DNA of 64,000 bases from Neocallimastix sp. 'constans'. Taxonomy: Eukaryota. Location: assembly GCA_050613775.1 (NCBI GenBank), contig JBODTK010000154.1:310001-374000 (forward strand), given 5' to 3'. The position numbers were made by a program, and so were the translations under genes. A model generated the notes under the pieces. It worked only from the letters and a program-made list of their open reading frames with translations, was not told the origin of the DNA and searched no databases. Positions 37,731-49,293 of the stretch are shown piece by piece. The number at the start of each line of letters is the position of its first letter. The first letter of the stretch is position 1.

Positions 37731-38269
37731 AGTATATTTAAATATTATATTTACCTGTAATATTCTTTAAAAAGTCTCAAGAACTGTAGAACTTCTTAAA
37801 GAATTTTTTATATCAAAAAAATTTTTTTTTTTTTTTCGCCTAGATAGATTTTGGTATAATTGTGAGTATGCTATTAATACCAAAAACCGAGAATTTTATT
37901 TTTTAAAGAAAAAAAGTAAATTCAAGAAGCAAGGCTGAACCCAAAGAAGATATCAGAGACTAAGAGAAGAAGAAATTTTGTCCAAAAGTAGAAACCAAGA
38001 ATCAGAAACCCGAAACCAATGGAAATAAAAACCAAGTCCAAAACTAAGAATTCCAAGGAAAACAGAAAGAATCTAACCAAAAGTGGAAACCTGAAGCCAA
38101 TAAGATAAGTAGCCAAACAGAAACCAAAAACAAAAGAAACAGAAAATCCGAGAGATTCAAAAAATAAAGTCCAAAAAGAAAACAAAAAGGCAGTAGACAC
38201 TAATTCCAAAAGAAAGCTTCAAACCAAACAAAAGGGCAGATATATCAAGGCACGGCGTCTAAATCTTGG

Positions 38270-38280
38270 GTGTTTTTTAT
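38270..38280 (-). promoter_or_regulatory. Self-priming (Tf1-type) 11-nt PBS
   Basis: Minus-strand ATAAAAAACAC directly after the LTR; exact complement inside the LTR at 38486-38496. Confidence 0.7.
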
Positions 38281-41200
38281 TATAACAAAATATTATAATA
38301 AATATAATAACACTCAAAAAAACAAAAATTATTTTATTTTTTATTTATTTTTTTTTCTTTTATTATAATTATTTTATTAATTATATTTATTATAATACTA
38401 TAGGCCGCAAGGGTTTATATAGTATTAATATTAAAAAAAGTTTTTTTTTTAAAAAATTAAGTTTTTTTTTAACTAAAAAATTAAAATAAAAAACACAAAG
38501 AAAAGAATATTTGTTAATAAGAATTTTACTCATATTTATATTTTTTTCAAAAGTTAAAGTTATTAAAAAATAAAAGTAAAAGTTTCTAAAAAGTTCTTAA
38601 AAATCGAAAAATTTAGAAAAAATAGAAAACAATAGAATTAAGAATTTAATAGAATAAATTTTAATTAATTAAACACAAGAATTATCAAGAAATTCTAGTA
38701 ATTTCTTGAACTATAAAGAATCTTCTAGATATTTTTTAGAATAAAACTATAAAATAATAATCGAACCCTAAGTAGTTTGATTCATGGTATTAGTTACTAA
38801 CTACTATACCAGAAATAATATTTTTTAAATTTAATTATTTGTTGGTACGGGACGCCCTGATAACTATGAAATAAGCAATAAATTTGAAAATAAAGTTATA
38901 AGATTAAATATATAAATTTTTAAAAAAATAAACAATTATAACCTTAAATTAGATAAAAAAGAATATAAAAAGATGTAAATAAGAAAATAATTATAAGGGG
39001 AGAGAGATCAGAAAGAAAAGAAAGAAAAAAAAAATATAAATAGGACAAAAATATAAAAAAATGTAGTGTAGAATGGAGATATAATAAGAAATAAAAATAT
39101 ATAGTTAGTTAGATTATAATAAAAATGTAGTAATTAAAATAATGTATAATTAAGTAATATAATAAATAAAAAAAATATTAATAAAATAATAATAAAAAAA
39201 AATATTTTAATAATAAATAAATAAAAGTTATTAATTTATGTGTTTATTCAATTTAGAATAATTTATCTTAACTAGAGTAGTGTCAAAAAAGCCCAAGGTA
39301 CAATAACACGTACCAAAAATGGTGGAGAATCCGGGCGTTGCAATATTGGAAATTAATATGAAAATAATAATAATAAATAATTTTTAAAAATAAATTTTAT
39401 ATATATATTAAAAAAAAAAAAAAAAAAAATTAATTCTTATTATTTGTAATAATATAAATAATAATATTTGATATATTATTATAAAAGGCATATTAATATA
39501 AAATTATATTTTAATAGTATTTTTAATATAATAAAAAAAAAATAGTTTAATTGATTAAACGAATTAATAAGAGAATATAAATCTTTGAGATAATTATCAA
39601 TTATTATTAGTTTATAGGAGGGAGATAAATAATAATATTGATGAATTATTATAAGATTGTATATTAATTATATAATTGTATTAATCAGTTTCTATTATCT
39701 TTATTATAAAAAAAATTTATTAACTATATTTTATTAATTAAATGCGCCTTTAGTAAATAAATAAGAAAGTAAATACTAAGCCAAAATGAATTCTAAATCA
39801 AATATTTTAGAAGATATTATTGGATATAAAAAAATTAACGGAATAATGAATAATATTATTAAAGGAATTGATGACATTTCAAGAGAAATAATAATGAAAA
39901 ACGTGTTCTTGGAATATAATAATATTTATACAATTTCAACTAAAAAAATAAATTTTAAACTTGAGGAGAAATTAAAAATTGTTGAAGTAAGAGAAATAAA
40001 ATTGGAAAAGAAACCAATTAAAAATATTAGTAAAAAAGTAAGAAAAGAAAAAAGAAAAGTAAAAAGGGAAAATGATAAATGCATAAATATCATTATTAAA
40101 ATATTAATTATTAAAATTAGTAATAACAGGAAAGACACGAAAACAGTTGAACGTAATTACAAAAAAAAAAAAAAAAAAAAAAAAAATTTGCAATTCAAAA
40201 TTTATAATTTCAAAATTTTACATTTTAAAATTTAACATTTCAAAATTCAAAATTTTAAAATTTCGAAATTTCGAAATTTCAAAAATTCATGTTAATAAAT
40301 ATATGAATAAAAATAAATAATTAAATAAAAATAAATAATTAAAATGTTTTTTTCCAGAGACTTCAGGGGACGAAGTCTAATTTCAGCAGGGAGGTCTTGA
40401 TACGGGATGAATAAATAAATATAAAAATCAATAAATTTAGAAAAATAATAAAATAAAATTTAATTAAGGTTAAAATAAAAATTATATAGTTTAAAATAAT
40501 AATAAACAATAAAAAAAAAATTAAAAATAAATAAATTAAAATAAGAATTATTAAAAAAAAATAATAATAATATTTTAGAGATAGAGAAAATAAATATAAT
40601 TAAATGGTCTTAGAGAGAGGCCTTAATTGAGATTTTTAGTTAGTAATAATTAGTAAAATAAAATAATAAAAGTAATGTTAAAAATGTAATTAATGTAAAA
40701 TTTAAATAATTATAAATAAAGTATTAAATAAATAATAATAAAATATTTAAGTTTTATTTAATATAATTATTGTGTTAAAATTATTAATTGTTTTATTAGA
40801 ATATATTAATTTTCCTCAAATAAAATATTGCAAGTCCCATAAAAGTATACGATTATAAAAATATCGTATACTTTAATTAATTATTATATTATTAATAAAT
40901 AATAATATAATAATTATTATTAAATTAACTTTATTAAAATATTTAGGAATTAGTCTAGGCCAACTAATTACTAAATATTATTAACATATTGAAATTAATA
41001 TATATTAAATAATGTAAACACGTGATTGTCATTAAATTAATTTCTACATATTATATTTTAATTATAAAATATAATATTTAGTTATTATATTCTTATATTT
41101 TATTTATATTAAATATTTATATTATCTTATTTTACATCATCAATATCAAACTTATATTAATATTATTGCATATTCATATTAATAATTAATATTTTAATAA

Positions 41201-41507
41201 TTAATTATTTTATATAAATACATGTTTAAATCTTTTGATTAATCCTTTGTAGGATTATTGTAATTTAAATTATAGTAATAATTATATAAAATAATAATGT
41301 AATAAAATATTATTAAGATTAAATAAAATTTATATTTTAAATAAAAAACTTATTCATAAAATTTACTAATAACAATATGTTTTAAATAAGAATAAAATTA
41401 AATTATTAATTAATTACTATAATTTGGCATCTTGACCTAATCGTTAAGACCAAATTATCTAAAAACTTTGACATAATAAAATAATTGTAATTATTGATTC
41501 TGTTATA
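38281..41507 (-). repeat. 5' LTR of the chromovirus (3.23 kb, composite)
   Basis: Same termini as the 3' LTR, different interior. Confidence 0.8.
38843..40870 (+). mobile_element. Old non-autonomous LTR element inside the chromovirus 5' LTR
   Basis: TGGTACG...CGTACCA (38843-39315), tRNA-Ala-type PBS TGGTGGAGAATCCGGGCG (39320-39337), polypurine-like agcagggaggtct, then tgatacggga (40398) ... cgtata (40870). Confidence 0.6.
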
Positions 41508-41512
41508 TATAC

Positions 41513-42610
41513 GGATTAAAACAATCCGGTAGGCAATGGAACCAAACGATTACAAAATTTTTAAATAAAAATGGATTTAAACAAATAAAATCTGAAAAGT
41601 GTATATTTAAATATTCAAAGAATAATAAAACCAAATGCATCATAGGTTTATATGTAGACGATATGATCATAACTGGTGAAGACAAAGAAATACAAAATAT
41701 AATTACAAAAATTAAAGAAAAATTTAAAATATCAAATTGTGGACCAGCCGAATTCATACTTGGCATAAAAATTGAAAAACAAATGAATAAATATATTATA
41801 TCACAAAATAGTTTTATAAATAATATGTTAGACAAATTTAATATAAAAGAAATGAGAAAAAGAAAAACACCATGCACAGGAGACAACACTATCTCTGAAA
41901 ATAATAAACCTTTCAATAAAACAATCTACAAGAGTGCTATAGGTTCCTTAATATATCTATCAAAATGCACAAGGCCAGATATCGCATTCTCCGTGAACAA
42001 GGCTGCCAGAAAATCAGAAAAACCCACAATATCAGACTGGAATAAAATAACAAATATTTTCAGATATATAAATAGTACTAAAGATTATAAAATTGTATAT
42101 AATGGACAAGGGGAAATAATAGCATACACTGATGCCGATTTTGGAGGTGATCTAAATGACAGGAAATCTACGTCTGGTGGAATAATACTTATGGGAAACA
42201 GTCCCATATGCTGGATTTCTAAAAAACAAACATGTGTAGCTACGTCTACAGCAGAAGCAGAATACATTAGCACATCCGAAAATATTAAAAAAATTCTATG
42301 GATCAGAAATATTTTAAAAGAATTAATAAATTATAATAAAACAATTACCATTTTCACAGATAATTTAGCAAGTAAAATAACTATTGAAAATGGTGAAATC
42401 AATACAAAATTAAAACACATAGATATTAGATTTCATTTTAATAGAGATAATATAGTAAAAAGAAAAGTAAAATTAGAATACAAAGATACAAAAGAAATGT
42501 TAGCTGACGCTCTCACTAAAGATGTTAATGGTACAAAAATGAGTATATTTGCAAATAAGATTTTTAATATTAAAAAATCTAATTTGAGGGGGAGTGTTAA
42601 CGTATGTTAA
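41513..42610 (+). pseudogene. Copia 1 pol, 3' part (RT C-terminus and RNase H)
   Basis: GLKQSG, LYVDDM, TRPDI, YTDADF, STAEAEY, MLADALTK. Confidence 0.93.
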
Positions 42611-42829
42611 TTTTATTAATATAAAGTTATAGTCTAGCTTAAGTTTAATAAAATATTAAATTATATTAAATATATTGTAATTACAAATTAAAATATAAAT
42701 TAGTATGTATCTAGAACAAGCCACAATTAAATATAAAAACATGTAATTTTATCTGTACTTTAAATCTTTGTTAACCATTTATATAACACTTGCGTTATAT
42801 ATCTAATTATTAATAAATAAATATTAAAC

Positions 42830-42895
<66 letters not shown>

Positions 42896-45800
42896 TGTTG
42901 ACTGCACTCATAATTTAACTATATATTTAATTTATTTATTTATAGTATTTATTTATATTTATGTGTATTTATTTATTTATATTTAATGATTACTTAAATG
43001 TATTATGATCTATCGTCTTGTATAAATCTATGTTAATTATCTTTTAATATTTATTTAATTAATTTTTAATTTATTTTATGTTATGGAAAACGCATGTTGT
43101 AACATGTGACTTTATTACTTATTTAAAGCCGAAAGATAGATCATACACTTATTTCCCTTGTATACCATATTCCATAAGGAATATTATTATAGATCTAAAT
43201 TTAATAAAGCTAACAGATTAAGAGTCTCAGTTGACTCATATTATTTATTATTAAAAGTACTTAATTAATTCGCTTCACCGCTCCGAAATCATGCAAGACT
43301 TTAACTTAGCTAAGGACCAACGCCTCCATAGAAAATCCAACTTTAATGAGTGGAAATTCCTTATTGACAATGCCGCTAAACGTCAAGGTATTAAGGAATT
43401 CATGGAAGTCGACGTCATTGGAAAACTTAATGATGTAGGTTTTAATTACAACCCCAATGTCAACGATGTTATCAACAAGGTAATTACTAAATTAATTACC
43501 AAAATGTTACCGCAAGCTCATGCCGAACCTATTCGAAACAATAATGCTGAGGTTAATCGAAACAATAATGTTGATATCAATACTCAGCTAACTAACTTTT
43601 TTGGTAATCCTCTTAATCATATCAGATTAGTTGAGGAAGCAGAAAGGATCGATGCTGACATGATACTCATGATCAGTAAGAATGTTGATGATTCTGTTTT
43701 AAGAGAAATCAGCAGACTTAATAATGGTTTCCGTATAATGGAAAGACTCAAATCAAAATATGGAAATTCAAATGCTGATATGGAATACTGGCTTAAAAGA
43801 TTAAGAAGTATTAAAGCCAGAGATAGAAATCAAATCATCGAAAAGCTAGAACTTATGAAAGAAACTTTCGATGATATGGAAGAACAACATGTGGAGATCA
43901 CTGATAAGGAAAAATTAAAATATCTCTATAACGTACTACCGGATGATTATAAAAATATCATTCAAATTAATTTGAATAGTGACCCTAATGTATATATTAA
44001 TAATCTCAAAAGTTTTATTTATGCAAAATCTTACCTAGAAAATTGGGAAGATAACAAAACCATTGAAAAAGATGATCCAATGGACCTAGATTTTATCAGT
44101 AGAGGAAGAAGAACTAGTAATTCCTCAAAGAAAAATGAACACAACAACCATAATAACAAAGGCTCTAACTCTAAGAAAAGAGGAAAGCAAAATGGTAACC
44201 AATATAACAATAATAATAAAGATAATAGTAACAAAGACAATAATAATAAATCATATTGTCACATTTGTGAAGTTAAAGGACACTCTACCAGAAACTGCAT
44301 ATATAATATGAAGACGAAGTCAAATCATAATAAAGGGAGGCAAGAAAAGCTTCAAGTAAAGACCACATTAAATGATCATCCAAAGAAGTCTTTACATTTA
44401 ATAAGTAAAATTTCTGATCCAGACAGTGCCAGTAGTTATGACGATAATTTTGATTTTGAAGACGCAAGGGCACTGATAGAAAAACAAGAAGAAATAAACA
44501 TTAACAATAAGGTTAAATTTTCTGGATTAATTGAATACGTGAATGATAGTTCTATTATTCCAAAGGAGATAACAATTCCTAATAAAAAAGAGGAATTATA
44601 TGTAAACAACATCAATTATTATGAAGAAAATGATAAGACTAGTGAATGGTTATATGATACTGGTGCTGGAGAACATATAACTAATGATTTTAATTTGCTA
44701 AATAATTTTATTCACTGCAAAATAAAGTTAAGATGTGCCAATGGGACAATGTGTAGCTTCGAAGGATATGGTACTTACGAATGTTACATTAATGGAATAT
44801 ATGTACGACTAGACAAGGTATTATATTCAAAATCTGCAACTAAAAATCTTATTAGTGGAATAGAACTGGCCAAAATAGGATATAGAGTCATTATTGACAC
44901 TGATGATTATACACGTGGTAGATTTAACTTATGGGGTCCAAATAATGTATATATAGGAACTTATTATTCTACAAATGATAATCAATTCTTAGTAAATACT
45001 TACAAGACTAATAAAAACTTTGAAGAAAAGGATAAAAATATTATGGCTTTAAACGAAGTTGATGAAAAAAGCCTTGAAATTTGGCATAGAAGACTAGGTC
45101 ATTATTACCTAGAAAACATAAACAAATATCTAAGTTTACACCAAATAAAAACTCCTAAATGCATAGAATGTAAAGTAGCTAAAATGTCAAGAAAATCACA
45201 CGGAGGAAAAATACCGAAAGCTACGAAAATATTGGAAATAATACATTCAGACATTTCAGGTCCATACAATTCATCTATCAATAATAAAAAATACTTTATT
45301 ACATTCATGGATGAATTCTCAAGAAAAGTATGGATATATACTTTAAAATCTAAAGCCGAAGCTCCCGAATTAATTGTGGAATTCTTCAAGTACTTAAATA
45401 ACCAATTTGAAGAATATAATATTAAAATATTTAAATCAGATGGAGGAAAGGAATTTAAAAATAAAACAGTTAATAAATACTGTAAAGAAAATGGAATAGA
45501 AAAAACCTATTCTCCCCCAGGTTGTCCTGAAGTTAATGGAAAAGCTGAAAGAATAAACAGAACTCTTAGAAATTCAGCTAAAACTCTTCTATATTGGGCA
45601 GAATTATCAGAAAACTTTTGGAATTTCGCCATAAAACAGGCATGCTACATATATAACTTAATTCCCCATTCAGGAAATAAATTTTTAATACCCAATGAAG
45701 TATTTTACAACAAAAAGGTAGAGTTAAAACATTTAAAAACTTTTGGTTGTGTGTGTTATTACAGGGATGATACACAACACAAATCAAAAATTTTACCAAA

Positions 45801-48800
45801 TGCTAAGAAGGGCGTATTCTTGGGATTTGATGATAAAAAATATTCATATATTATCATGGATATTGAAAATAATAAAATACATTATACTAACGATGTAGAA
45901 TTCGTTGAAGAAGAGCCTAGTAAACACAAATACGAAACAAGCAATTATAAAGACTCTTACTTCTCATTTATGAAAGACAACAATAGAAAAGATATGAATC
46001 CAGAAGATAATATTATAAATGAAGATAATAATATAAATGAAGATAATAATATAAATGAAGATAATAATATGAACAATGAAAATAATTTTAATGGAAGAAA
46101 CATCTTAAATGAAGAAAACATTTTAAATGAAAATATTAATAATGAAAGGACTACTAATACAGAACATAAAAGTAATTACATTAAAAATAAGCATGTCAAT
46201 AATATATCGTTAAATGAAGAAAATCAAGAATTTGATAATAAAGATATAAACCAGAAAAATAACCATAATTTAAATAAAGATGTTGAAATTAATTCTAAAA
46301 TTAATCCTGAAATTAAAAATAAAAATAATTGTGAATTTAAATTGAAATTCAATTTCAACAATGTTGACAAAAATAATTCTGAAAATAATTATTTGAATGA
46401 GATAAATAGAAATTTAGAAATAATAAATAAAAATTATAATAAAAAGTTTAGAAATAATACTAAGAATACCAATTTTAATTCTAACATTATTGAAAAATAT
46501 AAACCAGAAGATCCTGCTTACGCCGCCTCAACTTCCAGCAGGAACAAAGGAAAAGAAAAAATAACCGAATTTGAAAATTTTGATAAAAATAAAATATTTT
46601 TAAATAATGAAAAATCAAGCCAAAATTTACAGAATTTTACAATAAATAATAATAATATGAAAAAAAATTTTAATAATAAAAATTTTTCAAAAAATGATGA
46701 AAAAATTCAAGAAAATCTATTGGCTGAAGCAAAATCACATTCATATCATATCAAAAAATTTTCAAATAATTCAATAATTTCAAATAAAACTAATGAATCA
46801 CATATTACATATGACAACAATAATGATTCACATAAATCTATTAATAATTCAAATAAATCAATGAATATCAAAAATTTTCCAAAAAATGATCAAAATTTTA
46901 TTAATAAAAATTTTTTATCGAAAAATAATAAATTAATTCAACAAAATTCAAAATCCAGCGACTCTATGAAGAAAAACTATAATTTCTCCACTCCTACAAT
47001 AGATATCAATAATATTCCTTCAGATAATAAAAATACGGTAATGGAAAATCTTAAAAATATAACTCTTCCATATAATTTTAATCAGAATTTACCTTTAATA
47101 ACCGATTCTTCAACCAACCAAATTTCTCAAAAAACAGACGAAATTTCACTTACTAATAATAACGAAATAAATAATAAATTTAACAACAATAATATAGTAA
47201 ATAAAGAAAATTATGCCCACAAATCTCTTATAGATGCATCAAGTGTTATTGATTTTAATAAAGATGAAATTATGGATGACATTGTAGCCAATACAGAATA
47301 TGGCAATATCCATAAAAGACCACTTAGTCCAAAATATAAAGAGACTGCACCTACTAATATTAGTTCTCGTAGAAAACTAGACCAAATCAACGACATTATT
47401 ATTGCTTCTATATTTTGTCACATTCCTAATACGTATGAAGAAGCAATAAACAGTGAAGACAAAAATAACTGGATTGAGGCTATTAATGATGAACTTAATA
47501 ACCTTTATTCTAATAATATTATGACTTTTGTTAAAAATGTACCTAAAAACAAGAACATCATTACCACAAAATGGGTTTTCAACACTAAACGTGATTCAAA
47601 TAATAATATTTATAAATATAAAGCTCGTTTAGTTGCTCGTGGATTTAAACAAAAATGGGGAATCGATTATGAATTAACTTATTCTCCTACTCTAAACATT
47701 GATGGTCTTAAATTAATATTCGCTATTTCTGCTGCTCTTAAGTGGAATATTTTCCAGCTAGATATAAAGGCCGCTTACCTTAATGCTCCACTTAATAAAG
47801 ATATTTATACTACTATTCCTAAAGGCGATACGCGCTTTGGGCGGGGATATTGGAAGCTCAACAAAGCTTTGTATGGCCTTAAGCAATCTGGTAGACAATG
47901 GTATAATACCATTAGAAAATTCCTAATAAAAAATGAGTTCATTCAAATTAAATCCGAACAATGTATTTTCAAATGTACAAAAAATAATATAACAAAATGC
48001 ATTATCGGCTTGTACGTGGACGACATGGTCATCGCTGGAGAAAACGAATACATTAAACAAATAATAAATAAAATAAAATCAAAATTTAAAATATCTAAAT
48101 GTGATCCAATTGAATACATATTAGGAATTGAAGTAAAGAAAGAAAATAATTCATATATTATTTCACAGAAAAATTTTATAAATAATATGTTATATAAATT
48201 TAATATTGATAATACAAAGAAAAGAAAAACACCATGTACTGGTGATAATAAAATATCAGAAAACAATAAACCTTTCGATAAAACAATCTACAAAAGCGCA
48301 ATAGGTTCCTTAATATACCTTTCGAAATGTACTAGACCTGACATAGCTTTCGCTGTAAATAAAGCTTCAAGAAAATGTGAAAATCCAACTATATCGGATT
48401 GGAACAAAATAATAAATATTCTAAAATATATTAATAGTACCAAAGAATTTAAGATAGAATATAATGGAAAGGGGGAGCTTGTTGCATATACCGACTCTGA
48501 CTTTGCCGGCTGTTTGGAAGATAGAAAATCTACCTCAGGAGGAATAATACTTATGGGAACAAGTCCGATATGCTGGTTGTCCAAGAAACAAACAAGTGTT
48601 GCTACGTCTACTGCTGAAGCAGAGTACATAAGCACTTCCGAAAATATAAAGAAAATATTATGGATTAGAAATATAATAAAAGAAATTTTAAACAAATGGA
48701 TAACTGTTAAAATCTATACAGATAATCAAGCAAGTAAGAAAATAATGGAGAACGGAGAAATAAATACAAAATTAAAGCATATAAGTGTAAGATATCATTT

Positions 48801-49273
48801 CAACAGGGACAATATTGCAAAGAAGAAAGTAAAATTAGAATATATTGATACTGAAAACATGCTAGCGGACATATTAACCAAGGACTCAAATGGACCAAAG
48901 ATACAAAAATTTACAAACAACATTTTTATCTAAAAATATTATTTGAGGGGGAGTGTTGACTGCACTCATAATTTAACTATATATTTAATTTATTTATTTA
49001 TAGTATTTATTTATATTTATGTGTATTTATTTATTTATATTTAATGATTACTTAAATGTATTATGATCTATCGTCTTGTATAAATCTATGTTAATTATCT
49101 TTTAATATTTATTTAATTAATTTTTAATTTATTTTATGTTATGGAAAACGCATGTTGTAACATGTGACTTTATTACTTATTTAAAGCCGAAAGATAGATC
49201 ATACACTTATTTCCCTTGTATACCATATTCCATAAGGAATATTATTATAGATCTAAATTTAATAAAGCTAACA
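42896..49273 (+). mobile_element. Intact Ty1/copia element 2
   Basis: 320-bp LTRs at 42896-43215 and 48954-49273 with no difference seen; PBS 43216-43230; polypurine tract gagggggag; ataat flanks. Confidence 0.97.
43291..48933 (+). CDS. gag-pol: Copia Gag-Pol polyprotein, 1880 aa
   Basis: Zinc knuckle, WLYDTGA, integrase, YVDD RT and RNase H in one ORF. Confidence 0.97.
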   Translation: MQDFNLAKDQRLHRKSNFNEWKFLIDNAAKRQGIKEFMEVDVIGKLNDVGFNYNPNVNDVINKVITKLITKMLPQAHAEPIRNNNAEVNRNNNVDINTQLTNFFGNPLNHIRLVEEAERIDADMILMISKNVDDSVLREISRLNNGFRIMERLKSKYGNSNADMEYWLKRLRSIKARDRNQIIEKLELMKETFDDMEEQHVEITDKEKLKYLYNVLPDDYKNIIQINLNSDPNVYINNLKSFIYAKSYLENWEDNKTIEKDDPMDLDFISRGRRTSNSSKKNEHNNHNNKGSNSKKRGKQNGNQYNNNNKDNSNKDNNNKSYCHICEVKGHSTRNCIYNMKTKSNHNKGRQEKLQVKTTLNDHPKKSLHLISKISDPDSASSYDDNFDFEDARALIEKQEEININNKVKFSGLIEYVNDSSIIPKEITIPNKKEELYVNNINYYEENDKTSEWLYDTGAGEHITNDFNLLNNFIHCKIKLRCANGTMCSFEGYGTYECYINGIYVRLDKVLYSKSATKNLISGIELAKIGYRVIIDTDDYTRGRFNLWGPNNVYIGTYYSTNDNQFLVNTYKTNKNFEEKDKNIMALNEVDEKSLEIWHRRLGHYYLENINKYLSLHQIKTPKCIECKVAKMSRKSHGGKIPKATKILEIIHSDISGPYNSSINNKKYFITFMDEFSRKVWIYTLKSKAEAPELIVEFFKYLNNQFEEYNIKIFKSDGGKEFKNKTVNKYCKENGIEKTYSPPGCPEVNGKAERINRTLRNSAKTLLYWAELSENFWNFAIKQACYIYNLIPHSGNKFLIPNEVFYNKKVELKHLKTFGCVCYYRDDTQHKSKILPNAKKGVFLGFDDKKYSYIIMDIENNKIHYTNDVEFVEEEPSKHKYETSNYKDSYFSFMKDNNRKDMNPEDNIINEDNNINEDNNINEDNNMNNENNFNGRNILNEENILNENINNERTTNTEHKSNYIKNKHVNNISLNEENQEFDNKDINQKNNHNLNKDVEINSKINPEIKNKNNCEFKLKFNFNNVDKNNSENNYLNEINRNLEIINKNYNKKFRNNTKNTNFNSNIIEKYKPEDPAYAASTSSRNKGKEKITEFENFDKNKIFLNNEKSSQNLQNFTINNNNMKKNFNNKNFSKNDEKIQENLLAEAKSHSYHIKKFSNNSIISNKTNESHITYDNNNDSHKSINNSNKSMNIKNFPKNDQNFINKNFLSKNNKLIQQNSKSSDSMKKNYNFSTPTIDINNIPSDNKNTVMENLKNITLPYNFNQNLPLITDSSTNQISQKTDEISLTNNNEINNKFNNNNIVNKENYAHKSLIDASSVIDFNKDEIMDDIVANTEYGNIHKRPLSPKYKETAPTNISSRRKLDQINDIIIASIFCHIPNTYEEAINSEDKNNWIEAINDELNNLYSNNIMTFVKNVPKNKNIITTKWVFNTKRDSNNNIYKYKARLVARGFKQKWGIDYELTYSPTLNIDGLKLIFAISAALKWNIFQLDIKAAYLNAPLNKDIYTTIPKGDTRFGRGYWKLNKALYGLKQSGRQWYNTIRKFLIKNEFIQIKSEQCIFKCTKNNITKCIIGLYVDDMVIAGENEYIKQIINKIKSKFKISKCDPIEYILGIEVKKENNSYIISQKNFINNMLYKFNIDNTKKRKTPCTGDNKISENNKPFDKTIYKSAIGSLIYLSKCTRPDIAFAVNKASRKCENPTISDWNKIINILKYINSTKEFKIEYNGKGELVAYTDSDFAGCLEDRKSTSGGIILMGTSPICWLSKKQTSVATSTAEAEYISTSENIKKILWIRNIIKEILNKWITVKIYTDNQASKKIMENGEINTKLKHISVRYHFNRDNIAKKKVKLEYIDTENMLADILTKDSNGPKIQKFTNNIFI

Positions 49274-49293
49274 ATAATAATAATAATAATAAT

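Larger units (their letters stand above)
29227..41507 (-). mobile_element. Chromovirus (Ty3/gypsy) nested in copia 1, TSD TATAC
   Basis: tatac at 29222-29226 and 41508-41512; removing the insert restores KALY-GLKQSG; termini TATAACA...TGTTATA. Confidence 0.93.
24117..42830 (+). mobile_element. Ty1/copia element 1, interrupted by a 12.3-kb nested insertion
   Basis: LTRs 24117-24357 and 42595-42830 (5-bp indel), polypurine tract gagggggag at 42586-42594, gag-PR-IN-RT-RH order, ataat on both flanks. Confidence 0.95.

Noticed and set aside
37922..38209. 95-aa Phe/Leu-rich ORF
   Set aside because: Product of the U-rich leader tract with a non-ATG start.
39786..40235. 149-aa Lys/Ile-rich ORF
   Set aside because: Low complexity, runs into poly(A), no recognisable motif; at most a relic within the nested element.
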